NCBI GenBank assembly: GCA_028703305.1
Contig: JAQVNC010000015.1
Span: forward strand, 1-18,141
Direction of reading: 5' to 3'
DNA from: Patescibacteria group bacterium
GTDB lineage: Bacteria; Patescibacteriota; Patescibacteriia; Patescibacteriales; GWC2-42-12
DNA: 18,141 nt
Below are positions 1 to 8,715 of this stretch, in pieces (the first letter of the stretch is position 1; each line of letters starts with the position of its first letter). A program made the translations under genes and the position numbers. The notes under the pieces were generated by a model. It was given only the letters and a program-made list of their open reading frames with translations. It did not search any database and was not told the DNA's origin.

Positions 1-252
1 GCCGAAGCTCACATGCGGCAAGGGCCGGCGACGAGGTTCTCGGAAATTGATCCGATAAAAATTCTGGCCGAAGTGGATAAATACAATTTGGCCGAGGAAA
101 TTATGGCTCTGGCTAAAAGGTATTTGCCCGAACCGTATTATCTCCGAAGCCAAGGCCTATTTCGGCTCAACGCCATGTTGGCCGTTTCGCATCTGGTAAT
201 CAGCGGCGAGAGTGTCATCAACCAGGAAAAAATTCTAAAGCTTCTGAATTAA
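1..252 (+). CDS. 3' end of a gene entering from the left edge (hypothetical protein, last 83 codons)
   Basis: Frame 1 is open from base 1 to TAA at 250-252. The track ORF 13..252 is the same frame from its first Met. A hairpin plus T-run follows at 291-321. I recognise no motif. Confidence 0.4.
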   Translation, partial: AEAHMRQGPATRFSEIDPIKILAEVDKYNLAEEIMALAKRYLPEPYYLRSQGLFRLNAMLAVSHLVISGESVINQEKILKLLN

Positions 253-290
253 CTTCTGGATTCCCGATCAGGTCGGGAATGACAGAATAC

Positions 291-321
291 AAAAACCGCC
301 CTAAAAGGACGGTCTTTTTTT
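291..321 (+). terminator. Rho-independent-type terminator for the plus-strand edge gene (A-tract upstream, so possibly bidirectional)
   Basis: ACCGCCCT (295-302) / AGGACGGT (306-313) forms an 8-bp stem with one C:A mismatch and an AAA loop. It is followed by C plus a 7-T run (315-321) and preceded by AAAAA (291-295). Confidence 0.55.
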
Positions 322-330
322 ATAATAAGG

Positions 331-380
331 AAAAAATCCCCGCTCGGCTTAAGGCCGAGCCGCCCCTTTTATAAAGGGGC
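331..380 (-). terminator. Tandem hairpins ending in a U-run; terminator of rpoD
   Basis: Read on the minus strand just after the rpoD stop: GCCCCTTT-ATA-AAAGGGGC (380-362), then GCTCGGC-CTTAA-GCCGAGC (360-342), then GGGGATTTTTT (341-331). Both stems are perfect. Confidence 0.55.
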
Positions 381-386
381 CTATCT

Positions 387-1679
387 TTAATAGTCTCTTA
401 ATTTTTTTATGCCGGCATGCTTCTGAATTCTTTCTAAAGCCTTAGCTTCAATTTGCCTAATGCGCTCGCGCGTAACGTCAAATTCTCGCCCGACTTCTTC
501 CAAAGTATGAGCCACGCCGTCAACCAAGCCAAAACGCATTTCCAAAATCTTCTGCTCCCTTGGCGTTAATTCGGCGATAACTTCTTTTACATAATCTTTT
601 AATAACTGCAGAGCGGCCGACCGGTCCGGCGTAACGTTCTTCACGTCTTCAATAAAATCTTCCAAAGTTGAATCTTCATCATCATCGCCAATGGAAGTTT
701 CCAGCGATATTGTATCTTGGGATATTTTTATGACATGCCTGACTTTATCAATATCTTCGCCCATCTCGGCGGCGATTTCTTCGGGCAAGGGTTCGCGGCC
801 TAAATCCTGGATTAACTGGCGCTGGACTTGCTGAAATTTATTAATCGTTTCCACCATATGCACCGGGATTCTGATAGTACGCGACTGATCGGCCAAGGCC
901 CGAGTGATCGCCTGTCGGATCCACCAGGTGGCGTAAGTCGAAAATTTATAGCCTTTGCGGTATTCAAATTTTTCCACGGCGCGAAACAGGCCGATATTGC
1001 CTTCCTGAATTAAATCCAATAGGCTTAAACCTTTGGAACCGGTAAATTTCTTGGCGATAGAGACGACTAGGCGCAGATTGGCTTCAATAATTTTTTTCTC
1101 GGCCTCTTTATCCCCCTTTTCTTTGCGTTTGGCCAATTCAATTTCTTCCGCGCCGGAGAGCAGCGGCACTTTGCCGATTTCGCGCAAATACATCTGGATG
1201 GAATCGGAGCTTAATTCGGAAATATCAAATTTTTTCTTTTCGCTAAAACCGGCGATTTGCCCGGATTTATTTTTTATGTCATCGCCCGCGCCTAAAAATC
1301 CGCCCGTGTCCTCAATTATCTGGATGCCGTTTTTTTGCAAAGCTTCCAAAGTTAATTCGTAGTCAAAAATATATTCTTCAACCTCGGGAAAAATATGCAA
1401 TAGCTCCGTTTCCGTAAGAAAGCCGCGCGAACGGCCTTTAACAATTAAATTATTGATCTGCTCCTCGGTCGGTTTTATGACAATATGCTCTTCTTTTTTT
1501 TCTTTAGCTTTTCTGATTTTTGATTTCTGCCGGCTTAGCTTATTAAATTTAGGCTTTTTATAGTTTTTTTTATAATTTATCTTCTTCGCCTTAACGCTTT
1601 TAGCCTTAGGTTTTATTTTCGGCTTCTGGGCCTTTTTAGCTTTGGCGCGGCTCTTATTTTTTTTATTATGTTTCACCAT
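387..1679 (-). CDS. rpoD: Primary (housekeeping) RNA polymerase sigma-70 factor with a Lys-rich N-terminal extension
   Basis: Region 2 motifs are [38 protein letters not shown]. Region 3 is [14 protein letters not shown]. The region 4 HTH is [24 protein letters not shown]. It sits directly downstream of dnaG, as in the classical dnaG-rpoD operon. Confidence 0.95.
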   Translation of the reverse strand: MVKHNKKNKSRAKAKKAQKPKIKPKAKSVKAKKINYKKNYKKPKFNKLSRQKSKIRKAKEKKEEHIVIKPTEEQINNLIVKGRSRGFLTETELLHIFPEVEEYIFDYELTLEALQKNGIQIIEDTGGFLGAGDDIKNKSGQIAGFSEKKKFDISELSSDSIQMYLREIGKVPLLSGAEEIELAKRKEKGDKEAEKKIIEANLRLVVSIAKKFTGSKGLSLLDLIQEGNIGLFRAVEKFEYRKGYKFSTYATWWIRQAITRALADQSRTIRIPVHMVETINKFQQVQRQLIQDLGREPLPEEIAAEMGEDIDKVRHVIKISQDTISLETSIGDDDEDSTLEDFIEDVKNVTPDRSAALQLLKDYVKEVIAELTPREQKILEMRFGLVDGVAHTLEEVGREFDVTRERIRQIEAKALERIQKHAGIKKLRDY

Positions 1680-1687
1680 ATTTAGTA

Positions 1688-3619
1688 TTATTTTACCTCT
1701 ATTAAATTTATTTCCTCGGTTAAAGCCTTGAATTCCTCCATCAAATTTTTCATTTTTTCATTCTTTTCCTGGCCATTGATATTTTCTTTTTCTATGCCGG
1801 CGATTAATTTAGCTATTTCGTGGCGCCGGTTATTTAAATAATTTACCCTTAAAGCGGCCATGATATTTATTATCTCGGCTTTAACCTGCTCTTCGCTATA
1901 ATCGTAAAAGTCTTTATCAGCTAAAAGAACCAGCCTGTCCAATAAGCTTAAACACTTATAATTATCAGGCTGGCTATCCGCTTTAACTTTGCCATCTTGT
2001 ATAAAATTATCCGGATTGCTTAACCATTCTTTAAGGCCAAGATAATTTATCGCCAATTCAAAATTTCCCCCTTCTCGAGTCCACAAATCTATGAGCTTAT
2101 TATAATAAATAATTAAATTTCTGTAAAGCAGCTGGTTAGACTCCCCGACTAAATCATCCGGCCCGATATGGTTAATCGCGTATTCCAAGTGGGCGGGAAA
2201 TCTTATAATAAAAGCCAGCAGTAATTCCGAAAGCATCTGCTCCCGGCTTGGTTTTAACCGGCTTAATTCTTTCATCGCTCCGGTTAAAGGCTTGGCTTGA
2301 GCATTAGCCTGGCTTTGCTTTTTTATAATTTCTTTTAATTTCTCCCTTAAAGAATTTTCATTAGCGTCAACCGCCTGGCTTAATTTTTTAAGCCAAAAAT
2401 CTTGCTCGGTTCGCGAGCCGAATTTGGCGATTAAGGGCAATAGTATTTTTTCCGCCTGATTCTGGCCTTCATAATCTTTTAAATTAAGCTTCAAAAAAGT
2501 TTTGTCAAAATAATACTGCGTCATCGGCTTGGCGTTTTTAACCGCCTGCCTCCAGCCGTCAGGATTATTTTTAATGCACTCGTCCGGATCTTTGCCTTCC
2601 GGCAGTTCAATCACTTTAATATTCATCTCCGCTTGCATGGCTTGGGCGATGCCGCGTTCAGCCGCCAAATCCCCGGCCTTATCCATGTCAAAAGACAAAA
2701 ATAAATTATTGGAATAGCGCTTGATTAAATTTACCTGATCAGCCGTTAAGGCCGTGCCTGAAGAAGCGATAACATTATTAAAGCCGTTTTGCGCCGCCGT
2801 GATCGCGTCCATCTGGCCTTCAACCAAGACAACCGCGTCTTCGGCTTTAATAGCCATTTTAGCTTTATCTAAGCCGAACAAAATATTTGATTTATTATAA
2901 ACTGATTTGTCATTAACCATGGTCGCCGGAGTATTTATATATTTTCCCATTTTTTCTTCCGCTTCTTTTTCCGGCCGAACTCGAGCCGTAAAACCAACTA
3001 CATTACCATTGATATCATTTATAGGAAACATAATCCGGCCCCTAAAACGATCATAAAAACCCGGAGTTTTTTCTTTTTTAACCGACAGGCCGGCTAAAAA
3101 AATTTCGTTTTCGCCGTAGCCCCGGCTTTTTAAAAAATGAGTCAGGCTGTCCCAGGTATCCGGACTATAGCCGATTTGCCATTTCTCAATCGTTTCGTCG
3201 GTCAAGCCCCGTTCGCGCAAATACGCCCGCGCGCCTTCAGCCGCCGGACTGGCCGTTAAAACTTTATGGTAATATTTGGCGGACAATTCTAAAATATCCA
3301 AAAGCGTATTGCGTTTTGAAGTTAGCGCCGGGTCGGCTTTTTTTAAAACCACGCCGGCCTTTTTGGCGAGCAAGCGAAGAGTTTCCACAAAACTCAAACC
3401 TTCAATTTCCATGACAAAAGAAAAAATATCCCCGCCTTTGCCGCAACCAAAGCAATGCCAAATCTGCTTTTCCGGGCTAACCATAAACGATGGGGTTTTT
3501 TCCCGATGAAACGGGCAATTGGCGCGAAAATTCAAGCCGGCCGCTTTAAGCTGGATATATTCACGGATAACATCAACGATATCCAATTTTGATTTTATTT
3601 CATCCGAAGGATTTTGCAT
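1688..3619 (-). CDS. dnaG: DNA primase
   Basis: The N-terminal CHC2 zinc finger reads [11 protein letters not shown]...[11 protein letters not shown]. The TOPRIM segment reads [11 protein letters not shown]...SSGTALT...[10 protein letters not shown]. An 8-nt gap separates it from rpoD. Confidence 0.95.
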   Translation of the reverse strand: MQNPSDEIKSKLDIVDVIREYIQLKAAGLNFRANCPFHREKTPSFMVSPEKQIWHCFGCGKGGDIFSFVMEIEGLSFVETLRLLAKKAGVVLKKADPALTSKRNTLLDILELSAKYYHKVLTASPAAEGARAYLRERGLTDETIEKWQIGYSPDTWDSLTHFLKSRGYGENEIFLAGLSVKKEKTPGFYDRFRGRIMFPINDINGNVVGFTARVRPEKEAEEKMGKYINTPATMVNDKSVYNKSNILFGLDKAKMAIKAEDAVVLVEGQMDAITAAQNGFNNVIASSGTALTADQVNLIKRYSNNLFLSFDMDKAGDLAAERGIAQAMQAEMNIKVIELPEGKDPDECIKNNPDGWRQAVKNAKPMTQYYFDKTFLKLNLKDYEGQNQAEKILLPLIAKFGSRTEQDFWLKKLSQAVDANENSLREKLKEIIKKQSQANAQAKPLTGAMKELSRLKPSREQMLSELLLAFIIRFPAHLEYAINHIGPDDLVGESNQLLYRNLIIYYNKLIDLWTREGGNFELAINYLGLKEWLSNPDNFIQDGKVKADSQPDNYKCLSLLDRLVLLADKDFYDYSEEQVKAEIINIMAALRVNYLNNRRHEIAKLIAGIEKENINGQEKNEKMKNLMEEFKALTEEINLIEVK

Positions 3620-3625
3620 AAAACA

Positions 3626-3940
3626 TTAAAATTTAAAATTTCCCGGCACAAAGTTTTTTATGCGAGCCATTTCCGCTTCCACCACTTCCCCCTCATATTC
3701 GGCGTTATGCGCGTGCGCGCCTTCGTAGCTGGCCTGCTTCTGGTCCAAGTGCAAATTTAAAATTACCTGGCTATTTTGCTCCTCAAGATAAAGATGAAAC
3801 CTAGGATAAAAACCGCGGCCAAACCGCCGCACATAACTTTCTTGGCCGGTGCGCCGATCCGTTAAAAAAGCATAGCCGGCCTGCCTTAATAAATTCTCCG
3901 GCGCTTGGTCTAAAATGTTTTTATCTAATATTAGCTTCAT
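3626..3940 (-). CDS. Hypothetical 104-aa protein, first gene of the dnaG-rpoD operon
   Basis: Clean ORF only 6 nt upstream of dnaG, preceded by a good sigma70-like promoter. No signal peptide or TM segment. Contains a His/Glu-rich patch, GAHAHNAEYEGE. I cannot name a family. Confidence 0.6.
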   Translation of the reverse strand: MKLILDKNILDQAPENLLRQAGYAFLTDRRTGQESYVRRFGRGFYPRFHLYLEEQNSQVILNLHLDQKQASYEGAHAHNAEYEGEVVEAEMARIKNFVPGNFKF

Positions 3941-3972
3941 AATTTTAAATTTAGCCTTCTTATAGTTATTTT

Positions 3973-4001
3973 ATCATAGTTTAAAAATTTAATTAGGTCA
4001 A
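3973..4001 (-). promoter_or_regulatory. Sigma70-like promoter for the ORF104-dnaG-rpoD operon
   Basis: On the minus strand: TTGACC (4001-3996), a 17-nt spacer, then TATGAT (3978-3973). The -10 box ends 32 nt upstream of the ATG at 3940. A purine-rich AAGAAGG lies in the leader. Confidence 0.45.
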
Positions 4002-4013
4002 AGGTCGGCTGTT

Positions 4014-4044
4014 ATTAAATAAACCCCGGACCAGCTGGGGTTTT
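4014..4044 (-). terminator. Probable intrinsic terminator after the ZIP transporter gene
   Basis: AAACCCC (4021-4027) / GGGGTTT (4037-4043) forms a 7-bp stem with a 9-nt loop. On the minus strand it is followed by UUUAUUUAAU. T-runs on both sides make it potentially bidirectional. Confidence 0.45.
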
Positions 4045-4069
4045 ATTAGGCCAATAATTAATAATTAAC

Positions 4070-4795
4070 TCAAGCCAAACGCGTAATTATAAAAATTAAA
4101 GCCGTACCTAAAATAGTCAGGCCGATAAGCTTAAATGAACTCTTTTGACTATGGGCTTCCGGTAAAATATCACTGGCGCCGATATAAAGCAAAAAGCCGG
4201 CGAAAAAGCCTAAATATAAAACCAAGAAATGCGCCGAGACTGTAAAAAATAAAGTTGACAGAGCGCCTAAAACCGGGGCGATTGAATCCAACAATAAAAA
4301 CATTTTGGCTTTAGCCGTACTGTTCTTATGGCTAAGCATCAAAGTTATGGTATTCATGCCGTCGGTAAAATCATGCGAAATTACGGCGATGGCAACCAAT
4401 AAGCCGACCGTCGGGCTTACTTGAAAGCCAAGGCCGATGCCTACCCCGTCCATAAAACTATGGCCGGCCAAAGCCAAGGCCGAGAGCATCCCGACTTGGG
4501 GATGTTTATGGTCGGCATAATCTTCTTCATGCGCGTGATGGATTAAGATCGTCTTTTCCAATATATGAAAAAGTAAAAAACCAACCACCAAAACTACCAT
4601 AATTTCAATCGGCTTAAAATCATTTATTTTTACTTGCTCCATAATCTCCGGGAAAATATCAAAAAACACCACTCCGAGTATAACTCCGGCTGAAAAAGCC
4701 ATAATTTTATGAAGCTGATTTTTAAACCTGGCGGCAAACATGCCGCCGCCCAAGGTTGAAAAAAAAGTCGCAATGGCAAAAAATATCATTTCCAT
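4070..4795 (-). CDS. ZIP-family (ZupT-like) divalent metal transporter
   Basis: Multi-pass membrane protein of 241 aa. It has a His-rich loop (HHAHEEDYADHKH) and paired metal-binding helix motifs, GHSFMDGVGIG and SHDFTDGMN, typical of ZIP/ZupT. Confidence 0.8.
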   Translation of the reverse strand: MEMIFFAIATFFSTLGGGMFAARFKNQLHKIMAFSAGVILGVVFFDIFPEIMEQVKINDFKPIEIMVVLVVGFLLFHILEKTILIHHAHEEDYADHKHPQVGMLSALALAGHSFMDGVGIGLGFQVSPTVGLLVAIAVISHDFTDGMNTITLMLSHKNSTAKAKMFLLLDSIAPVLGALSTLFFTVSAHFLVLYLGFFAGFLLYIGASDILPEAHSQKSSFKLIGLTILGTALIFIITRLA

Positions 4796-4825
4796 ATAAT
4801 TTATGCTAACTTTATTTTATCATTT

Positions 4826-7285
4826 TTAAGATAAGGCAACAATTTTTTTCGGCCTCATCTTTAATTTTATTATTTCAATAACCAAAACCAATAAAACCGC
4901 TTTAGCTAAAAGCAAACTCCATTGGAATAAATTTAAAGGCATCAGGCCGAGAATTTTTTGAGTCGGGGGAAAATAAGTTATAATAAACGCCAAGAGCAGG
5001 CTGAAAATTACTACCATAAAAAGCCATTTATTTGACCAAAAATTCTCATACTGCCAAAACGGCTTGCGTAGCGTCCGGCAGGAAAAAATATAAATAACCG
5101 AGCTGAAAGCCAGCGACATAAAAGCCATTGTCTGCCCTAAAATTAAATTCCCGTGATATAAGCCAAAATACCAGAAAAAACCAAGAGAAATAAGGCCGGA
5201 AAGAAGAGAAATCATAATGGTTAAAAAAATGCCAATTTTGTCAAAGATAGGTTCGGCCATGCTTTTAGGCCCTTCAAGCATGGTTTCTTTTTCCTTGGGC
5301 TCAAAGCCTAAAATAAAATCCTCCGGCCCGTCGCATAAAAGATGAAGCCATAGAATCTGCACGACCGTCAGAGGAAAAGGCCAGCCCAAAATTAAAGCGC
5401 CCATAATAACCACAACTTCCGCGAAAGAATTAGACAGGATAAATAAAATTATCTTTTTGATATTTTCAAATACCAGCCTGCCCGCTTCCACCGCGGAAAT
5501 AATCGTCTTAAAATTATTATCCAAAAGTATGAGATCGGCGGTTTCTTTAGCCACTTCCGAAGCGTCGCCGACCACGATGCCGATATTTGATTTTTTAAGG
5601 GCCGGCGCGTCGTTAACCCCGTCGCCGGTCATAGCGACTATTTCTCCAAGTTCCTGCAGAACGCTTACTATTCTTAATTTCTGCTCGGGCGTAACGCGGG
5701 CGAATAATAAAATGTTAGAAATTCGGCTTTTTAATTCTTTGTCATTTAATTTTTCCAATTCATCCCCTTCTAAAATCTGGCCGGAGTTAATCTTTATACC
5801 CAAATATTCCATGATTTTTACGGCCGTGCGATAATAATCTCCGGTAACAACTTTTATTTTAAGGCCGGCCTGCTTAGCGGCTAAAAGCGTCTCTTTTACG
5901 TCCCGGCGCGGCGGATCCCAAAGTCCGACCATGCCGGCCCAAGTAAAATCCGTTAATTTTTTATTTTTTATTTCTTTTAAGTCATCTTTTGATATTTTTT
6001 TGCTCGCCAGAGCCATCACCTTTAAGCCTTTCTCCGCCCAAGCGTCAATTTTAAGCATTAAAGATTTTTGTTCCGCTGCGGACAGTTCGCACATTTTCAT
6101 AATAATTTCCGGCGCTCCTTTGGCCGACGCCAGATATTCATCGCCGCCCCCGGCGTAAGAATTGACCGTTATCATGAATTTATGTTCGCTGCTAAAAGGA
6201 ATTTCAAAAATTCTGTTGGCTTCGTTAAAGGTTTTTTCCTGATCAAAATCTTTCCGCTCCCTTAAAAAATCCCAAAGCGCGATTTCTTCCGTGCCGCTTA
6301 AGTCGTTGCATAAGCACATCGTTAATAAGCCGCTCCCGGCGTCAATAAAATCGGTTTTAACGACTTTCATTTTTCCTTCCGTCAACGTTCCGGTTTTATC
6401 CGTGCAAATCGTTGTAACCGAGCCCAAAGTTTCCACGGCCAAAATTTTTCTTATCAAAGCTTTTCTTTTCAGGCTGTCCTGCATGGCTAAAACCAAGACT
6501 AAAGTTATAACTATCAGCAGGGCTTCTGGGATAATCGCCACTAATAGAACGGCGGAAAGTTCGGCCATCTGCCAAAAATCCCTGCCTGTTAAAAAACCGA
6601 AAATAAACACCAGGGCCGATAAAAAAACCGAAATAAAAATTAAAGTGTGAGTTAATTTTTTTAAACGAACTTGCAGGGTGGTGGCCGGCTCTTCGGTCTT
6701 TTTTAAAGTTTCGGCGATTTTTCCGATTTTAGTCAATGACCCTATTTTTACCACCTCTATTACGGCTCGGCCGGAAGAAACAATTGTCCCCATGAAAACT
6801 TCGCCGCCGGTTTCTTTTTTAACAGCCTCGCTTTCACCGGTCAAAACGGCTTCGTTGGTGAAAAAAGAAAAAGCTTCAATAACTCGCCCGTCAGCCGGCG
6901 CCCTATCCCCAACCGCTAAAAAAACTATATCTCCCGGGACTAACTCTAAAACGTCTATTTCTTGCCTTTGATTATCCCTAAGCACTCTAGCGCTTGGTTT
7001 TACCAGCTTCTTAAGGGCGGCCAGCGTTTGCTGCGTCTTGTTTTCCTGAAAAAATCCCATGAAAGCGTTAATAATAACCACGGAAAAAATCAGCGCGATA
7101 TCAAAATACTTTTGCAGAAAAAGAGAAATCAGGCCGGCCAAACAAAGGATATAGACCAAAGGATTGGCGAATTGCGAAAGAAAAATTCTAATCGCCGGAA
7201 CGGTTTTTTCCGCCGGCAAAACATTTTTGCCGTATTGAATTTGCCTTTTTTTAACTTCTTCGCAAGTTAAGCCTTTTTGTTTCAT
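4826..7285 (-). CDS. Cation-transporting P-type ATPase (P2-type, Ca2+/Mg2+-like; ion not assignable)
   Basis: Motifs seen: TGESEAV (actuator), IPEAL in TM4, CTDKTGTLT (phosphorylation site), KGAPE, VTGDYYRTA and MTGDGVNDAPALK. The N-terminus, GLTCEEVKKRQIQYGKNVL, resembles the Cation_ATPase_N domain. Confidence 0.9.
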   Translation of the reverse strand: MKQKGLTCEEVKKRQIQYGKNVLPAEKTVPAIRIFLSQFANPLVYILCLAGLISLFLQKYFDIALIFSVVIINAFMGFFQENKTQQTLAALKKLVKPSARVLRDNQRQEIDVLELVPGDIVFLAVGDRAPADGRVIEAFSFFTNEAVLTGESEAVKKETGGEVFMGTIVSSGRAVIEVVKIGSLTKIGKIAETLKKTEEPATTLQVRLKKLTHTLIFISVFLSALVFIFGFLTGRDFWQMAELSAVLLVAIIPEALLIVITLVLVLAMQDSLKRKALIRKILAVETLGSVTTICTDKTGTLTEGKMKVVKTDFIDAGSGLLTMCLCNDLSGTEEIALWDFLRERKDFDQEKTFNEANRIFEIPFSSEHKFMITVNSYAGGGDEYLASAKGAPEIIMKMCELSAAEQKSLMLKIDAWAEKGLKVMALASKKISKDDLKEIKNKKLTDFTWAGMVGLWDPPRRDVKETLLAAKQAGLKIKVVTGDYYRTAVKIMEYLGIKINSGQILEGDELEKLNDKELKSRISNILLFARVTPEQKLRIVSVLQELGEIVAMTGDGVNDAPALKKSNIGIVVGDASEVAKETADLILLDNNFKTIISAVEAGRLVFENIKKIILFILSNSFAEVVVIMGALILGWPFPLTVVQILWLHLLCDGPEDFILGFEPKEKETMLEGPKSMAEPIFDKIGIFLTIMISLLSGLISLGFFWYFGLYHGNLILGQTMAFMSLAFSSVIYIFSCRTLRKPFWQYENFWSNKWLFMVVIFSLLLAFIITYFPPTQKILGLMPLNLFQWSLLLAKAVLLVLVIEIIKLKMRPKKIVALS

Positions 7286-7352
7286 ATTTTTTTATTTTAA
7301 AATGCCTTACCGGCCGTTAATGAACATGCTGATAAGGCGAATTTGGCTGGTG

Positions 7353-7437
7353 CGGAGAGAGAGGGATTCGAACCCTCGATACCTTGCGGTATACGCGCTT
7401 TCCAAGCGCGCGCCATCGGCCTCTAGGCGACCTCTCC
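7353..7437 (-). tRNA. tRNA-Ser (anticodon GGA), class II with a long variable arm; CCA not encoded
   Basis: Folded by hand. Acceptor GGAGAGG/TCTCTCC (one G-U pair). D arm GCC-TAGAGGCCGAT-GGC. Anticodon arm CGCGC-TTGGAAA-GCGCG. Variable arm ATACC-GCAA-GGTAT. T arm GAGGG-TTCGAAT-CCCTC. Discriminator G. Total 85 nt. Confidence 0.9.
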
Positions 7438-7440
7438 GTA

Positions 7441-8016
7441 TTAGATTGCTCCCATCTTTCTTAACTCAAAATATACTTCATTAATCGGCAAGCCGACAAT
7501 AGAATAAAAATTGCCATTAACGCTTTCCATTAAAACCGCACCCCTGTCCATTAAGCCATAAGCGCCGGCCATATCTAAAGGCTCGCCGGTAGCGATATAT
7601 TCATCAATTTCCTCATCGCTTAAATCCCTGAATTTCACCACCGCCTCGCTATAATTATTTACCACTATTTTATTCTTAGTGTCAATTATAGCATAGCCGG
7701 TAATGCCTCTATTTTCCTTGCCGGACAGCTCGCGTAAAATCCTTTTAGCTTGAGCCGCGTCTTTAGGCTTGCCTAAAGTTTGGCCGTTAAAAATCACTAC
7801 TGAATCAGCGCCGATAATTATGGCATCATTAAAACTCGCGGCCACGGCCTCGGCTTTTTTCAAAGCTAAAAATTTAGCCAACTCAATCGGGTCGGCTAAA
7901 TTTACGCTATCTTCATCAAAATTACTTTCAATAATTTCAAACTCCAGGCCGACTTGCTCTAAAAGCTTTTTTCTTCTCGGCGATTTAGAGGCTAAAACTA
8001 TTTTTCTTTTCTGCAT
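7441..8016 (-). CDS. maf: Maf-family nucleoside triphosphate pyrophosphatase (septum formation protein Maf)
   Basis: N-terminal LASKSPRRKKLLEQVGLEFEI, plus IIGADSVV, GKPKD and the C-terminal GAYGLMDRG...GNFYSIVGLP, all typical of Maf. Confidence 0.9.
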   Translation of the reverse strand: MQKRKIVLASKSPRRKKLLEQVGLEFEIIESNFDEDSVNLADPIELAKFLALKKAEAVAASFNDAIIIGADSVVIFNGQTLGKPKDAAQAKRILRELSGKENRGITGYAIIDTKNKIVVNNYSEAVVKFRDLSDEEIDEYIATGEPLDMAGAYGLMDRGAVLMESVNGNFYSIVGLPINEVYFELRKMGAI

Positions 8017-8021
8017 AAATA

Positions 8022-8675
8022 TTATTTCAATAGCTCGCTGATTATGCTTTTCATGCCTTTATTGCTCCGGCCGTCAGGCGAAATAAAATCTTCAAACGGA
8101 TAAGCGCCGGGATAAATATTGTTGTTGACAAAAATTGTCGGCGTGCCGGTAGCGCCGGCTTTATCGCCCTCGGCCTTTTGTTGGCTGATTTTATCTTTAT
8201 ATTTGCCGCCGGTTAAACATTGATTAAATTGCTCTTGGTTTAAGCCTAAATCAATCGCATCCTGTTTAAATTGCTCTTCGCTTAATCGTCCGGCCTGGTT
8301 ATCGGCAAATAACTTATCATGCATTTCCCAAAACTTACCCTGTTCGGCCGCGCATTCCGAGGCCTCGGCCGCTTTTTCCGCGTCCGGATGACCGGCTAAA
8401 GGGTAATGCCTAAAAGTTATGGCCACCTTATCTTTAAAATTTTCTTCCACTTGTTTCATGGTCTCGGAAAATTTAACGCAAAACGGACATTCAAAATCGC
8501 TGTAGACAATCATAGCGACCGGCGCATTCGGATTGCCCCAAACATGATCAGTCTGGTCAACCGGCTTGGCCGTTTGATTATTTTGCGTCGTTTGGTTGTT
8601 TCTGGTTATGAAAATAAAACCGACTGCAACTATGGCAATCGCGATTATTAAAAATATTTTATTTTGCTTGGACAT
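8022..8675 (-). CDS. Membrane-anchored DsbA/BdbD-like thiol:disulfide oxidoreductase (thioredoxin fold)
   Basis: N-terminal TM anchor (IFLIIAIAIVAVGFIFI). CPFC active site in YSDFECPFCVKF. DsbA-family tail GATGTPTIFVNN (cis-Pro loop). Confidence 0.8.
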   Translation of the reverse strand: MSKQNKIFLIIAIAIVAVGFIFITRNNQTTQNNQTAKPVDQTDHVWGNPNAPVAMIVYSDFECPFCVKFSETMKQVEENFKDKVAITFRHYPLAGHPDAEKAAEASECAAEQGKFWEMHDKLFADNQAGRLSEEQFKQDAIDLGLNQEQFNQCLTGGKYKDKISQQKAEGDKAGATGTPTIFVNNNIYPGAYPFEDFISPDGRSNKGMKSIISELLK

Positions 8676-8689
8676 AATATAGTATTGTC

Positions 8690-8710
8690 ATTGCGGGCTT
8701 GACCCGCAAT
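8690..8710 (-). other. Perfect 8-bp stem-loop in the gatA to dsbA-like spacer
   Basis: ATTGCGGG (8690-8697), 5-nt loop, CCCGCAAT (8703-8710). It lies 5 nt after the gatA stop and ends 14 nt upstream of the dsbA-like ATG. No U-run follows on the minus strand. Confidence 0.4.
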
Positions 8711-8715
8711 CTATT

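Noticed and set aside
261-279. Perfect 7-bp hairpin TTCCCGA-TCAGG-TCGGGAA just after the stop of the left-edge gene
   Set aside because: No T-run follows it. The better terminator is the hairpin plus T7 run at 291-321. It may add to termination but cannot be supported as a separate feature.
4796-4825. TGATAAAAT extended -10-like word between the ATPase stop and the ZIP start
   Set aside because: It is a single AT-rich match in a 30-nt spacer with an 18-nt distance to the ATG. Co-transcription with the ATPase gene is equally likely.
828-7270. Plus-strand ORFs of 60-125 aa inside rpoD, dnaG and the P-type ATPase (e.g. 1033..1362, 2529..2717, 5457..5834, 6291..6650, 6962..7270)
   Set aside because: Each lies entirely antisense to a long, motif-rich minus-strand gene. 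They have low-complexity Ser/Pro/Phe-rich translations typical of shadow ORFs, and I saw no start-site signals.
7304-7338. GCCTTA...TAAGGC pairing downstream of the tRNA as a terminator
   Set aside because: The stem is only 6 bp with a 23-nt loop, which is too weak to call.
7302-7484. 60-aa plus-strand ORF
   Set aside because: It runs antisense across the tRNA-Ser gene and into the end of maf. The tRNA fold explains the sequence.
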